DNA of 63,733 nt, filler included, from Perkinsus chesapeaki ATCC PRA-425 (GCA_013115145.1; 9 parts of 9 records of this genome joined end to end with filler, not necessarily neighbours in it); one strand, 5' to 3'. Positions 37,201-49,008 are shown, counted from the whole stretch's first letter. A program made the numbers and translations. Notes: a model not told the origin generated them from the sequence alone.

Positions 37201-37569
37201 TCACTCAGTCACGTCCGCGGTTTTGCCTCTAGCGTCGAGAGCCTCACTGGTTGGCGAGTTAACCCTCTACCAGATGGACATCGATGGCATTTGATGTTAA
37301 AGGAGAAGGAGGGCATCTCTGAAAAGGTAACAAATTAGTCACCCTGGGGTTCGAACCCGCGCCCATTCCTTTAGCCCTTGTCCATGGAAGTTAATCAAAA
37401 GACTGAACATGGCCAGTATGAGATTGTATCCTCTTCAAGTCCCCTACCAGATGAAGCCTTAGCACGACTCATTGACTTTGATGAGATGCCAGAAATGTTG
37501 GCTACACTTCTGCTCTTGCGTGGTTCATCCACAGCAGAGTCGGAAGACAACGACGACGACGTTTCATAA
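34257..37569 (+). CDS. Long coiled-coil protein with MAD1-like C-terminal domain
   Basis: Many coiled-coil exons from MSDGHEERK. The C-terminus KLREFKIEMQEYY..FASSVESLTGWRVNPLPDGHRWHL..LIDFDEMPEMLATLLLLRG parallels the MAD1 pattern FR.ACY.LTGYQID..QYRL..DSIPAFLSSLTLEL. Confidence 0.55.
36884..36934 (+). other. 51-nt intron carrying a tRNA 3'-end-like (B-box) sequence
   Basis: gtagccagtgcactcGGGTTCGATCCCtggcggcggtattttattgtttag. Confidence 0.6.
37327..37374. other. 48-nt intron carrying a B-box/T-arm sequence
   Basis: gtaacaaattagtcaccctgGGGTTCGAACCCgcgcccattcctttag; the antisense strand reads GCGCGGGTTCGAACCCCAGGGTGACTAATTT. Confidence 0.55.
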
Positions 37570-37628
37570 TGGCAGTTTAGGGTTGATTGTGTTATCTTCT
37601 AATTTTATCATCTGCAGTTTGTCTAGAT

Positions 37629-40600
37629 ATGTCTGTGCCAAACGGTGGGGATACAACAGATGGCAGCAGGTAAGCCTTATTTCATACATTGTTATTGAAG
37701 TCTGATTGGCTAAGAGTGGTGGCTTATAGGCTTCAGGCTGGACCGTACAGCGTCACAGAATTTGCTTGTCCTGTTATCAAAGTTGGAAGACTGTATAGTA
37801 CCTGTTATTATCAGGTTTGATCTTAAGTCAGTAGACAAAGCTGTTGAGCTTCGACAAGCAGGTCGAGAACACATGCAATGTGGTGATTATATTAAAGGGA
37901 AGGAAGTGTAAGCATTGAATAGGATAGCTAGTATACGAACCAACGATCCTCTAGACTCAGCCGAAGGATACGATATAATTATATGAGAGACAACTATGAG
38001 TCACAGCAGTCTGATAATATACCTTCTGAAAGTCAGGCACAGAATGTGATTGCTGTCGGGGACCCCTGCTGCTCTTGCATACCGTTGGATGACGGCTTTA
38101 AGGTTTCCTCCTGTTAGTTACCTTGCAGCAGCTCAATGGCTTGTGGCTGGACGTGACTTTAATACTGATCCTAAAAGACGGGCATTATTCAACAAGCATC
38201 TCGCAGAGACACTGAGTTTGGCTGAGGAAGCGGTAGGAAAACCGAAGTGCCAGTCGGGTATATTACCTCTTAACACTCATCATTGTAGGCTGATAAGGCT
38301 AAGGTATACGAGGAGACAGAGAATATAGTAGAGAAAGACAGCTATTATTCGGCAGGGATGGATAAGACAAAGGACTTGGTTGATAATAAACGGTAATAAC
38401 CGTTTTAGATAATAACGCCGCCTCCGAGGATCGAACCTGTGCAGATTCATGGAGGCCTTGAACACGTTGAAGTCCTGCCGGCATCGATTGGAACAAATCG
38501 AAGCCGTTCTTATTGAGTCATGTGAGAGCCCAGGCAGTGCTAGTCCAACAAGGAGAGCAGTTAATAAGAATAGAGTTCAAGTGGATGATTTGATAGCAAA
38601 GTCGGCTGCATAGAAGGGGTGATGATGAAGTTGACTACAGCCGTCAGATACCGAGAGTTATCCAAATCACCTGCGCTGCCGGCAAGGACTGCAAATGCTC
38701 ATACTAAATTGGCAAACCCACTAGCTGCCACGTTGAAATGTCAGCAACAACAACAGAGTTATTCTTCTTATATTTCTGATTCTCCATCAACTGATAGACT
38801 ATTAACTGCTAAAGAGAACAGAATAGTCATCCGGGGTGGTGAGATAGGTGGAATGGAATTCCCAGAGTGGTCTGATGAGGAGGACGCAGTAATCTTGGAT
38901 TCTAAAGGGAATATGTAAGTTTGGCTTTACTCATTACTCTCGTCATTTATTATTAGAATATCCGGCACACTTCCACAGTTTATGAGAAATGAAGATGATG
39001 TGATGAGTTTGTCGCCACAACAGGAACCTCTTTGCACCAAGTGGGGGCCGCTATCGAGCGCGGTAGGCCAAAGCTGTTGCTATTGCGTGGTGTTTTCCGA
39101 TTATTCCATCAGAACATAGCATCGAATAGCAGCAGTAAACTACTCATAACCGATACATCTGCTGGACAACTTGTTCAGAATCTTGTTGGTGATTGTAGTT
39201 TCATATCTGCCCTTGCTATATGTGAGCAGCAGCTATACACCCCTCACTTACAGCCTCACATCGCCTTCATGTTGTTTAGGTATGCATTGGGAACATCGAT
39301 ATCATTCAGTTCATGGAGGACTTACCGACCAACCTAGATTATTCTCAGATAAAATATATCCTCAAAATGAACAAGTAAGCCTCCATCATCATCATCATCA
39401 TCAACAACAACAACAAGCTTGTTTCGTAATATAGCATCTTTTAGGGGCAGGCGGTGAAATCCCCTACAGGAGCGTATAAGGTGAAGCTACTAGTTAATGG
39501 TGTATGGAGATTGGTGGAGGTCTCTGATTGGGTGAGACATCGCCTTATATTAACGACCTATTGCTGCCTTTAACAGTTTCCTTTATCATCTAATGGTACA
39601 TTATTAACTTCCTATTGTAAGAATGGTGATTGGTGGGCACCTATACTCGAGAAGGCGTTCATGAAGGTACACGGGTAAGAAGGGGGTTCAACTCCTAATC
39701 GTGTTTCGAAAGACCTTGGCTTTTTCAGTGGCTACGGTTTTCCTGGCTCCATTGGGTCCTGTGATCTCTATGTCCTAACTGGATGGCTACCCGAGGAGAT
39801 CTTCTTTGCTGACCTCCGCCCAACCACCCCACCACAGAGTGACTCAGAACCAGAGTCTTTAACACGTGAAGTCACTATCGTCACTGTTCATTAATGGAGG
39901 CTTTTAGGATCGACTACTCCTCCAAAGTCGATGTGTGACCCCGAGAGGGTATGGGAGATCCTCCATTCTGGTATGAAGCATGGTGACTGCCTTCTCACAG
40001 TAGCATGTGGTGAACTATCCGAGTCTGAATCAGCAAGGACAGGCTTAGCAAGTCGGCATACCTACGCCATACTTGAGGTAACAACAGCTCTCGGTCCTAG
40101 AAGCCTTTCCTACTCTTCTAATAGGTTGGGGAATTCAAGGGCCACCGTCTACTCATGTTGAAGAACCCATGGTCGTCTTTAAGATGGCGGGGAAGGTTTT
40201 CCCCCGAAGACAAGGTGGCATGCCTTATATTTATTATCCGCCTAAACTTGTATGTTTAGGATTCTTGGGAAGATGAGGATTTGCGTCAAATGTTACATTA
40301 CGATCAGCTAACGAGTGTTGATTACGATAGAGGGCTGTTCTGGATTGACTTTGAGAGTTTAGTCCGGTAGGTTCATAGATGTGCAGACTTCGCTCGCACT
40401 GGGAGCTCGAATGGTCACTGCTGTTATTAGATATTTCGACTCTGTCTGCTTGAATTGGAATCCAGCTCTTTTTCGGTATTCCCGTACTGTTCATGGTGAA
40501 TGGTTTTATGTGAGAGAGGTCAGTAAGTGGGTGGAAAACGACAGATTCTTTTTGGGAAATAATCCACAGTAAGAATGCATGAAGTGTTGTCTTCATGGTG

Positions 40601-41997
40601 ATACTCTTCTTACTGCAGATACTCAATTGATATAAATCGACCGAGCCGCCGCAGTGATGTAAGGCTTTAATTATATCCTCCAACGATATACTTTTTCACT
40701 TTGATTTTATTGTAGGTATTGATATGGTTAGTTTTAACACAGCATAACTCAGAGTTTCCTACACATGATAATCAAGACTTTATATTTAATAACGTTACCG
40801 TTCATGTCTACTGTACAGGGTAAGGGTCCACATATCTCCCGTATCCGATATACCAACCATAGGTCATCTCATTGTCGAATATATCGTCCAGATAGGCCAA
40901 TGGTTCAAGGTGTCTATACGAATGCTCCTCATACGACCATTAAAGTTCAGCTGCCATTCGACCAGGTAAGCAGTAGCAAGCTTCGATCTCTCAAGTATGC
41001 CCTTTTCAGTACTTCAGTGAACCTTCAAGTACAGTCCTTCATCTTACAGCAGTCGTTGGTGTATTTGATCGCCGCTTTTCCCCGATTGATTTTTCAATAC
41101 GTTTTTGTTCAACATCTAAGATTAGCGTCGACGCCATACCCCTTAGGAAAGCCCATCGATTTGTCGTGTCTGATGCTAGGTAATAATGAATCATCCCTTC
41201 ATCTCAATCGATCCTTCTTTTAGTTGGAAGCGTGGTTTCAACGCCGGTGGTAGCGGTGATAAAGCAACATTCAAAAGGAACCCTATGTGGGTCTGCATGT
41301 ACGCCCTAAACATGTCACTTTTTGCTGCTCCTCCTTTACACAGTACAAGACCTATTATAGAGCCTCTCTAGCTACTATAGAAGATTTCTAATAGTTTTAT
41401 AAAGCTTATTAGGTTGGATACTAGTACTGCCATGAGCATGCCCGATTGGGAATTCCGTGCTACTGTCTGTGTTGGTGGAGGAGGACATGGGAATGATGAT
41501 GGTGAAAGTGAGGAGGATCCAGTAAGATATGCTGTTGATAGACAAGAGTATCTATTTTATAATCAGGGGCATGCATTAACATACAAGCCAGCTGTTCATT
41601 TCTTACGGTCATCTGTTCTACGAAGTTGCCCATCATCAATGCCTCTCTTTACTGATGAAGTACTAGCTATGTCACCCCATTGGCCCAACATGTACGTTTC
41701 AAACAAAGTTAATAAAAGTAACAACAATTATCAATTCTGTGTCCATCCCCTGTGTCATAGCCCTTCTTAGGATCTTCCTCTTCATGTGGTGCCTTTGATG
41801 GTGTAATAGTTGTAGCTCCATGCACTTTGAACGCTGGAGTTGAGGCAACATTCCTACTAGATATAGAGTGTGACTGCCCATTTACTGTTGTGAGATCAAT
41901 TAGTGTCACCGAAGACACACCTGAGGATGCTGCTGCTGCTCAACTACCATTACCGCAGACGCCTCCTCCCTCTAATGTCACTATTGATGGTGATTGA
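37629..41997 (+). CDS. CAPN7: Calpain-7/PalB-like cysteine protease with N-terminal MIT-like helices
   Basis: LVQNLVGDCSFISALA (Cys), GAYKVKLLVNGVWRLV, WAPILEKAFMKVHG, LTGWLPEEI, GLASRHTYAILE (His), LKNPW (Asn), FWIDF, YFDSVCLNWNP, NNPQ, WKRGFNAGG..RNP (domain III). Confidence 0.9.
38393..38444 (-). other. 52-nt calpain intron carrying an antisense tRNA 3'-end-like sequence
   Basis: The reverse complement contains GGTTCGATCCTCGGAGGCGG, 17/20 identical to GGTTCGATCCCTGGCGGCGG in the 36884 intron. Confidence 0.55.
39675..39728 (+). other. 54-nt calpain intron with B-box GGTTCAACTCC
   Basis: gtaagaagggGGTTCAACTCCtaatc...tttttcag. Confidence 0.45.
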
Positions 41998-42065
41998 GCA
42001 ACAACTTTCCACATATCCGGTATTGTGTTAATTGTCACCTTAATCGGTTTTACTGTGTATCACTG

Positions 42066-44003
42066 ATGATGTTACTACTGCTTCGACGATGCCTCCTGTT
42101 GCATGTTGTTTCTTTTTTTACCCTCATCTCTGCAGAAGATCTCTACTGTGGAGAGGATAACTGCTGTAAGGGGGTTATGCTTATTATTACCATTATAAAG
42201 TACTGCTTTTAGATGATATACTTGGCATACTTCAAGACGCCAGTGACAGTGATATACGTAAAGCGTATCGTAAATTAGCTATTAAACTACACCCGGACAA
42301 GAACAGAGAAATAGATAAGGCTGTTGCTACAGAAGTGATGATGCTCTGCAGTGAAAGTAATTAGTCAACATGAACATTATCACCTTCAGCAATTCCAACA
42401 ACTTGCCAAAGCCTATGAAGTTTTATCATCAACTCAACTACGAGAGGCTTATGACTATTACCTTGCCCACCCAAATGAACGATTGTAATAATACTATACA
42501 CATAAGCAGTACTAAAAGACATATCTTACTCATAATAGGTACAATCAGTATAGGTTTTATCAAGCGCAATATCAGCCTAAAGTACTAGCCTCCTTCTACT
42601 CTAGCTCAGTACCTCATCAGTTACCAATATCTTACCTTCTTATAGGTCTACTCTTATTCCTAACTATTATACAATATATAAATGCTTGGATATTGTAAGT
42701 TACTACTCTTACTCTCAAGACGGCGGCAAATACAGATATAATCGTCATTATCGTATAGCAACCACCTCTACACAGTTTTTAGCTAAACTAGCCGCAGAGA
42801 AGGAGTGCAGGCAGCAGTATGGTGATGACCAGGAGGAAACTATCAAGAGGGAACTTTTATCAACTGTGGTGATTGATGGTCATATCATCCTCCAACCTAG
42901 TATACTTGATACTGTATAATAATTCATTATATTCCCAACCTACCCTAACCTCCCTCCTCAGTTGCCTTTATGGCCAGTAAGAACAATATGGTCGTTATGG
43001 TCAACTAGACATGAACGTAGAAGGCTGAAGTAAAGGGGTTAATAGTAACGGTAACTGCAATATTGCTATTAGGCAAATAGAAGAGGAAACACGAGCGGCG
43101 GAGGAGGAGATGGCAAAGGCAGAGGAAGAGCAGGTTCAGTCTGTCAGTGTAGTTATGTTAATATACATACTTTAGGTACGGCAGCGTACAGAGGAGAGAT
43201 TGAGGTTACGAAAGGCTGGTAAAGAACGAAAAAAGAGGGAACAACAAAAGCTAATAGAAGCTGTATGTTATGATGTGTAATGATGGAGTTATTATTGTTA
43301 ATCAGAAGGAGCGACATGCTAGAGTTGAGGCTGAGATGAAGAGGCAAGAGGAAACAAGAAGAGCAGCTGTAGTTGGAAAGATAGAGTTACATTACTGCTA
43401 CTAAGGGACTGCTGCTTATATTAGGAACGTGAAGCTTATCTTATAGCCAGGGAGAAGCTAACTGAAAAAGTAGCTGGGGCTATTAAGGGATATAAACAAG
43501 TTATTGATGGTATGAGTCGAGAGGAGGTGAGCAATGCCTTATTGTAGTCACACACTTATCATCAACAGATAATAAAATGCTCTGAAATAGAAGATATAAC
43601 AACTCTTACCCAATTGGTACTTATTGTTATATTTTATGGGCCTGAAAAGGCCCTTGAGGCAGATACACGATATTATGAAGAGAAATGAAAATACACCGGA
43701 AACAGCAGCGGAGGCAGCGGAATGGACCGAAGATGAGCTTGGGAAGTTAACTAAGGCTATGTCGAAGTATTCCCTTCTTGTCCTGTTGGATTATAGTCAG
43801 CGTTGCTTTGAACCACGAAAACAGTTCTTGATGAAATTCCCATTTCGGGCCCTCAGTTTATGTATCTCAGGTATCCCGGTGGTACAAGAAATAGATGGGT
43901 GAAAGTTAGGGATTATATCGGCAGTAAAACGGAGAAACAGGTTATTGCCAAATCAACTGAATTGAAGAGTTTCCATCGTCGTGTTTACTTATTCATTATT
44001 TAG
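42066..44003 (+). CDS. ER-type DnaJ protein: signal peptide, J domain, TM, C-terminal SANT/Myb
   Basis: [75 protein letters not shown]; [13 protein letters not shown]; [32 protein letters not shown]. Confidence 0.85.
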
Positions 44004-44067
44004 TTATTAGTGTTACTAATAAACAACTCAAATTTATTATTGATGACAACATTCATCCTTTAACATG

Positions 44068-44806
44068 TTACTCATTATTCTTCACCTTCCTCTTCATCTT
44101 CAGCATCACCACTTTCATCGGTTTTATAATCTCTTTCACAACTGGTACGACGTGACCAATCCTAATTGTAATACTATTTTAATACTTACCCATTATCAAG
44201 CCATTCAGAGCAACTAGCAACCATCTCTTCAACAACTTCCATCATCATTGGCTTTGCTGCAAAATGATGGAATCTATCTGCCCACGGTTTGGCTTTTAAA
44301 TCTTCCAAGACCTATTGATATAATACTATGTACCGATAATAATAACAATTAATGATGATGATGACCTCAGCTGAACAACACACTATGAATGGTTTCCTTG
44401 TATACTCTTCGTATTTTTCTTTAAGCTTTTCAGCTGCAATATGACCATCCATTCCACCAGTCATGTGTAAGTCCAGTAGGACCTGATGTTATATAATAAT
44501 AATATTATCTCAATAACTACTATCATTACTATAACAGGTCCTTCACCTTCCTCTTGTAATTCATCTAATTTATCCAAAGCCTCTTGCCCATCTTCAGCTA
44601 AACATTAACAGTATTGTAATAATACTAATAGTAACTCTTACCTTCATAAATACGCTCATTCTCTTCATCAAATCCAACTAATCCAAGATTACCTTGAGCG
44701 ACCTGAAGCTATAATATTAATAAACTTTATCAATAATGAATACCATTCGATTTGCCATCTCATCATCAGCTAATATAACATCACAATTCTCAACGTCAAG
44801 TGGCAT
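44068..44806 (-). CDS. Stand-alone CheY-like response regulator receiver protein (5 introns)
   Basis: Spliced: MPLDVENCDVILADDEMANRMLQV..IYEAEDGQEALDKL..PVIVLLDLHMTGGMDGHIAAEKLK..KPFIVCCSAE..FHHFAAKPMMMEVV. The acidic pair DD, phospho-Asp (44471-44473), Ser and KP are all present. Confidence 0.85.
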
Positions 44807-44952
44807 TTGCAGCAGCGAAAAAGATCAGGGGGAAGAGGAGGAGACGACAAATTCCTTTGCTCTGTGTGACTGCGCTCTTCTTGCAACTTGCAAGAAATGT
44901 ATACTGTTGCGCGCCATGAAATTAGTCCACAGTCGAGGGATTGCTGTTGAGT

Positions 44953-47175
44953 ATGCCAAGAGTCCGTCGCACTGTGGCAGAGATAATTAATAGAAGTCGG
45001 CCTGCAACGGCTTTATTGAGTAAAGCAATGTTTGCTGTTGAAAGAGAACTGGGAATAATCGATAGTAAATCTGAGATAATGAATCAAGTACATGAACCTT
45101 TGTAAGACTATTCAACAATAATTGTGTTATTGTAGACATATTGGGGAAGGCCATTCGCAACAATAGAATCCATGACTAAAGAAGAGGATCCAAAGATAAT
45201 CGTATGTACGCAACTTAACCTATTTTGTATCTTATAGCAGGCCAAGATAATATCCAATTGCGAGCTAATGCATCGCCGTTCTATACCTCTATTTAATTCA
45301 TTTAAATCGACTATTCTAAGAACGGTAATACCATCAATACCACCATTGTATACATTATTGTATAGTTACCAAAATGGGAGATGTCAGATTTGATTGTTGT
45401 TATTAAAGGATGGCGAGAACTAGGGTCACGCCCCTGTCATGGTCCTTGTTATTCTTAATTTATTAAAGGTACCTTACGACCGACTTATTACTCGCAATAA
45501 TGCCAATGATTACTGAGAATGTTGAATCACTAACCAGTGATGAGATAGTGAGTTGATAAGCAGTATATGGTCTTAAAAGGCAAGGGTGTATAGGTTACAC
45601 TACTTGATGCATTTGCTACTACAAGACTAACAATTTACCCACAGCCTCTCATTGAAGCGTCTGCTATTAAGATTGGTGTAATGATGTCATCATTTGTATC
45701 ATCATTATTAAACCATATCATTAGGAATTCAACCCATTCCAGCTCTTATCCCTCTGTAGTAGTTCAGCTAGACTTAATGTAATAATAATGTAACTCCAAT
45801 ATTATTACCACGCTTTACTTAAAGGTTCATAACATGACGATAATATCAAGAAGTGTTGAAGTGATATGTGATATGACACCCGAGAACCGAAAGGATATCT
45901 TTGCCTATGGTCAAGATGTTGCTATTGCGGTGTAAGTTTATATGTTATTTAAACAACCTATTGCTTGATACATTTAAAGATACTCATTTGCCAAACTTCG
46001 GACTGCATCAACTATGAATCCCGTATTATGGCCCACACTAGTATCAATGGTAGATGATTCCATTAATACAATGGCTGCTGCTCACCTCACAGTAATATAG
46101 TCTACCTCCTCCTCGTCCTACTGCTGTTGATGATGATGATAGTTGAAGCATCCAACATCTTTCAGATGTGCATCACGGCTTTTAAAAGGGCAGGTGTTCG
46201 GCTAGCACCATTACAATCATCCAACATAAATAGAAGAGTAGATGTTGACTCATATTGTTGTAATTAAGAATGGTAATTATTTCAGGTTATTAAAGTAATG
46301 GCGGAGTTCTCTCCTACTGGACTGGCAATATTATCACGTGATATGGAGACATTATCAGACGCTCTTCGATCGAGAGTTATCATGCATTTACCAAGGATTC
46401 TAGAATCTGCCTCTGCCAAAGATATCGCAGTTATTCTAACACGAGGTCTCCTCTCAGTAATAGTCTCACTGTATTTTGGATTACAGAGTAACATTTAACT
46501 AAGGCCGCCGCCGGTCCCAACTGCCCAATGGTTGTGATTGATATCTTTCGATCTTACCTTATTCAATTTGGTGGTAGCTTCACTTCATCCCAGCGGGTAG
46601 GTGTATTACATCTTCTTAAGATAGGATGTAACGCTTATATTGTTAGTCGGCTATCTTGGAATGTTTGGTATCACATTATGGCCGTGATGAGGGAACAGTG
46701 AATGAAGTGGCCCAGGTTTTCGATTCGGTGGAACCTTCTAAGGAACATTTGTCAATAATCGACTCAACAGCTCCAACAGTCCACCGGTACAGGGAAGTAG
46801 GTTTAACAGAGCAGGATGGTTTGATAAGACATACTGTGTTGGCATGATATGCTGTATCACAGCAGTAACTGTTTCTGGTGTTTTGATTACTGTAGAGTTG
46901 AAAGCAGCATTATCAGACATCGTCTCACCTGAGTGTTGCCAATGCGTCAGATGCATATTGATGACTCTCATGGCCTCCTCCGCCATGAGAGATATTTCGC
47001 CAATTGGTTTTATAAGATTTCCTGTCATACCGATTATCGTTTAAATGTTATTTACGATATTGCACGAGAGTATGCATCCTTGCAATTGGCTCATTACAGG
47101 ACATTAACATGTCATGGAATAGTATGTACAATAGAAGCTCGTAGTTCAAGCCTCCTAAAGTTGATACCTTCTTAA
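44953..47175 (+). CDS. Multi-exon alpha-helical repeat protein, possibly HPR/RAP (FASTK-like) organellar RNA-binding
   Basis: Open exons from MPRVRRTVAEIINRS; helical segments such as LAEFSPTGLAILSRDM..LPRILESASAKDIAVIL and LPKWEMSDLIVVIKGW resemble HPR/OPR repeats. The family call is weak. Confidence 0.4.
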
Positions 47176-47738
47176 TTCGACATTCACGACGGACTTCTGT
47201 TCACGGCCTTAGTTAAGGGCGCCTCCCTAATCGTCGATGGGAACCGCTAGTTCGATAGCCGTTTTGAGTCGATAGCTACTCTTGTTTCCATTGTTTGCTC
47301 ACCTAGAGCTTTTTCGCATATTCTTCGATTGTATGTATTTTGTGTGAGTGACTATTCCCCGTAGTGGGTATCAGGCGAATCGGGGAGATGCCGGTATGTC
47401 ACGAGGCTTGGTTGCTCAATGTGTTATTGACTGCTAACGCAACTCGCATCTCGAGAAGTAACTAGCCATCCACTTACGAGAAAGTGCTTTATAGCTAGCC
47501 GCCCCTCAAAGGGGCGATATGTAGTACCATTACTGTTCCAAAAGACCAGGGGCTAATAATGCTCGTAAGGTTGAGAAGAGCGCCATAAACCCATGATTCA
47601 AAGAAATGGTTCAAAGAAGCAAAGAAATACAACAGACTCATTTGCAAACCTTAAGGACGTACATACGTCCTTATAAACGGGTGATCTAGTGCTTCTTTGA
47701 ACTTTGTTGAAGAGAGCATCTATAACATAAATATCATT

Positions 47739-48542
47739 TTATCGTAATTCCAGGGTCTCATTGACGATTTTGATATATGGGTGCTTCTGTTGAGAACCAA
47801 CCCAAACCATAACATCAACATTTGCTTCTACTTGCCATAAATCTATACGATTCTTTAAAGTGTTCATCTTGACATCCGCGTCACATTTGGCGCCTGCAAC
47901 CCCTCCTTCATTGAAAGTTTTGCTGATATTGGCAAGTAAACCCATATCATAATCGTCGCCCGCGAATGTAGCTGCCCTCGCCCAAACTGAATTTTTAACC
48001 ACGGTAACCCCTAGAAAATGGACTTCAAAGAATACGGTAAAGTTAGATGCTGTTGTCAACCTTCCACTATCGTCATTCACAATATCATCATCATCACCAT
48101 CCAAATCCGAAGTACAAGCTGTGACATTGATGTAGAGCGTACTTAAGTACATGCTTTGATCGATGATGGTAGCACACCCTCCCTCGAGTTGCTCTAAATG
48201 TACAGCGTTTGAGCCTTTAAAAGTCGCATTGATGCCGAAGCGAACAGATTTAGCCGGGCTACCAGCCGGTGTATTGATATCAAAGTAGTCCGCAATGATC
48301 AGAAACTTCTCGAAGCCTTGGTCAAGCTCAGATTGACCGCGAACGCAGAAGGAGGCGGTAGCGGGCATGTGCACTCCATCACAGTTCTGTGGCGATGAAA
48401 AATTAACAAGAACTCCGGGAGGGACGACTTCAAGCCCATCGTCTTCGCCAGCCATAGCTTCATCAAGGTCGACAACGGGATACTTGATACAATTCACGAG
48501 AATACCCAAAGTAATCAGCCATAAGGCGATGTGAGTTAGCAT
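47739..48542 (-). CDS. Intronless secreted glycoprotein of unknown function (267 aa)
   Basis: ATG at 48542; signal MLTHIALWLITLGILVNC; several N-x-S/T sequons (NFS, NAT, NVT, NFT, NIS, NET); beta-rich; no known motif. Confidence 0.75.
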   Translation of the reverse strand: MLTHIALWLITLGILVNCIKYPVVDLDEAMAGEDDGLEVVPPGVLVNFSSPQNCDGVHMPATASFCVRGQSELDQGFEKFLIIADYFDINTPAGSPAKSVRFGINATFKGSNAVHLEQLEGGCATIIDQSMYLSTLYINVTACTSDLDGDDDDIVNDDSGRLTTASNFTVFFEVHFLGVTVVKNSVWARAATFAGDDYDMGLLANISKTFNEGGVAGAKCDADVKMNTLKNRIDLWQVEANVDVMVWVGSQQKHPYIKIVNETLELR

Positions 48543-48953
48543 GTTTACTAGGATAAAATCTTCCACTAATGAGACATTCTGGCTTACCGACGTGTGAGTT
48601 AATGATCTACATGTCATTTAGTACACCATTGCAAACGCACGTGGTCCTTGGGAAACCTACTCACCCTATTGATGGTGAGTGACACTCTCTACGGGATTTT
48701 TGAATCTGTGACCGCTGTCCCCTGGCGCAGGCGTTCCATTTTGGAAATGTCCGATTGCTGTGGCGGGATCACCCCGCCGGGGTACACAATTAAGCAGAGT
48801 CCAGGAGTTTGCAGGGCGAAACTGACATGACACCATTTAGATAATTGGAGATACCAGTATTATTGTCAGTTTTGCCTCGATTCAAAATTGCAGTGCATTT
48901 TCACCGGCGCAGCACAACCTGGTGACGTTATCGGTGTCACCGAACTCCTGTGA

Positions 48954-49008
48954 CCGCTGTCTTTCTAGATGTTGTGGTAGCCTACCACAACATCTAGAAA
49001 GACAGCGG
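48954..49008. repeat. Perfect palindrome, 27-bp arms, 1-nt centre (C), intergenic
   Basis: ccgctgtctttctagatgttgtggtag-C-ctaccacaacatctagaaagacagcgg. Confidence 0.95.

Noticed and set aside
39728-39738. 10-nt antisense match (ACCGTAGCCA) to the spliced leader
   Set aside because: It lies in calpain coding sequence (GGYGF) on the wrong strand; chance match.
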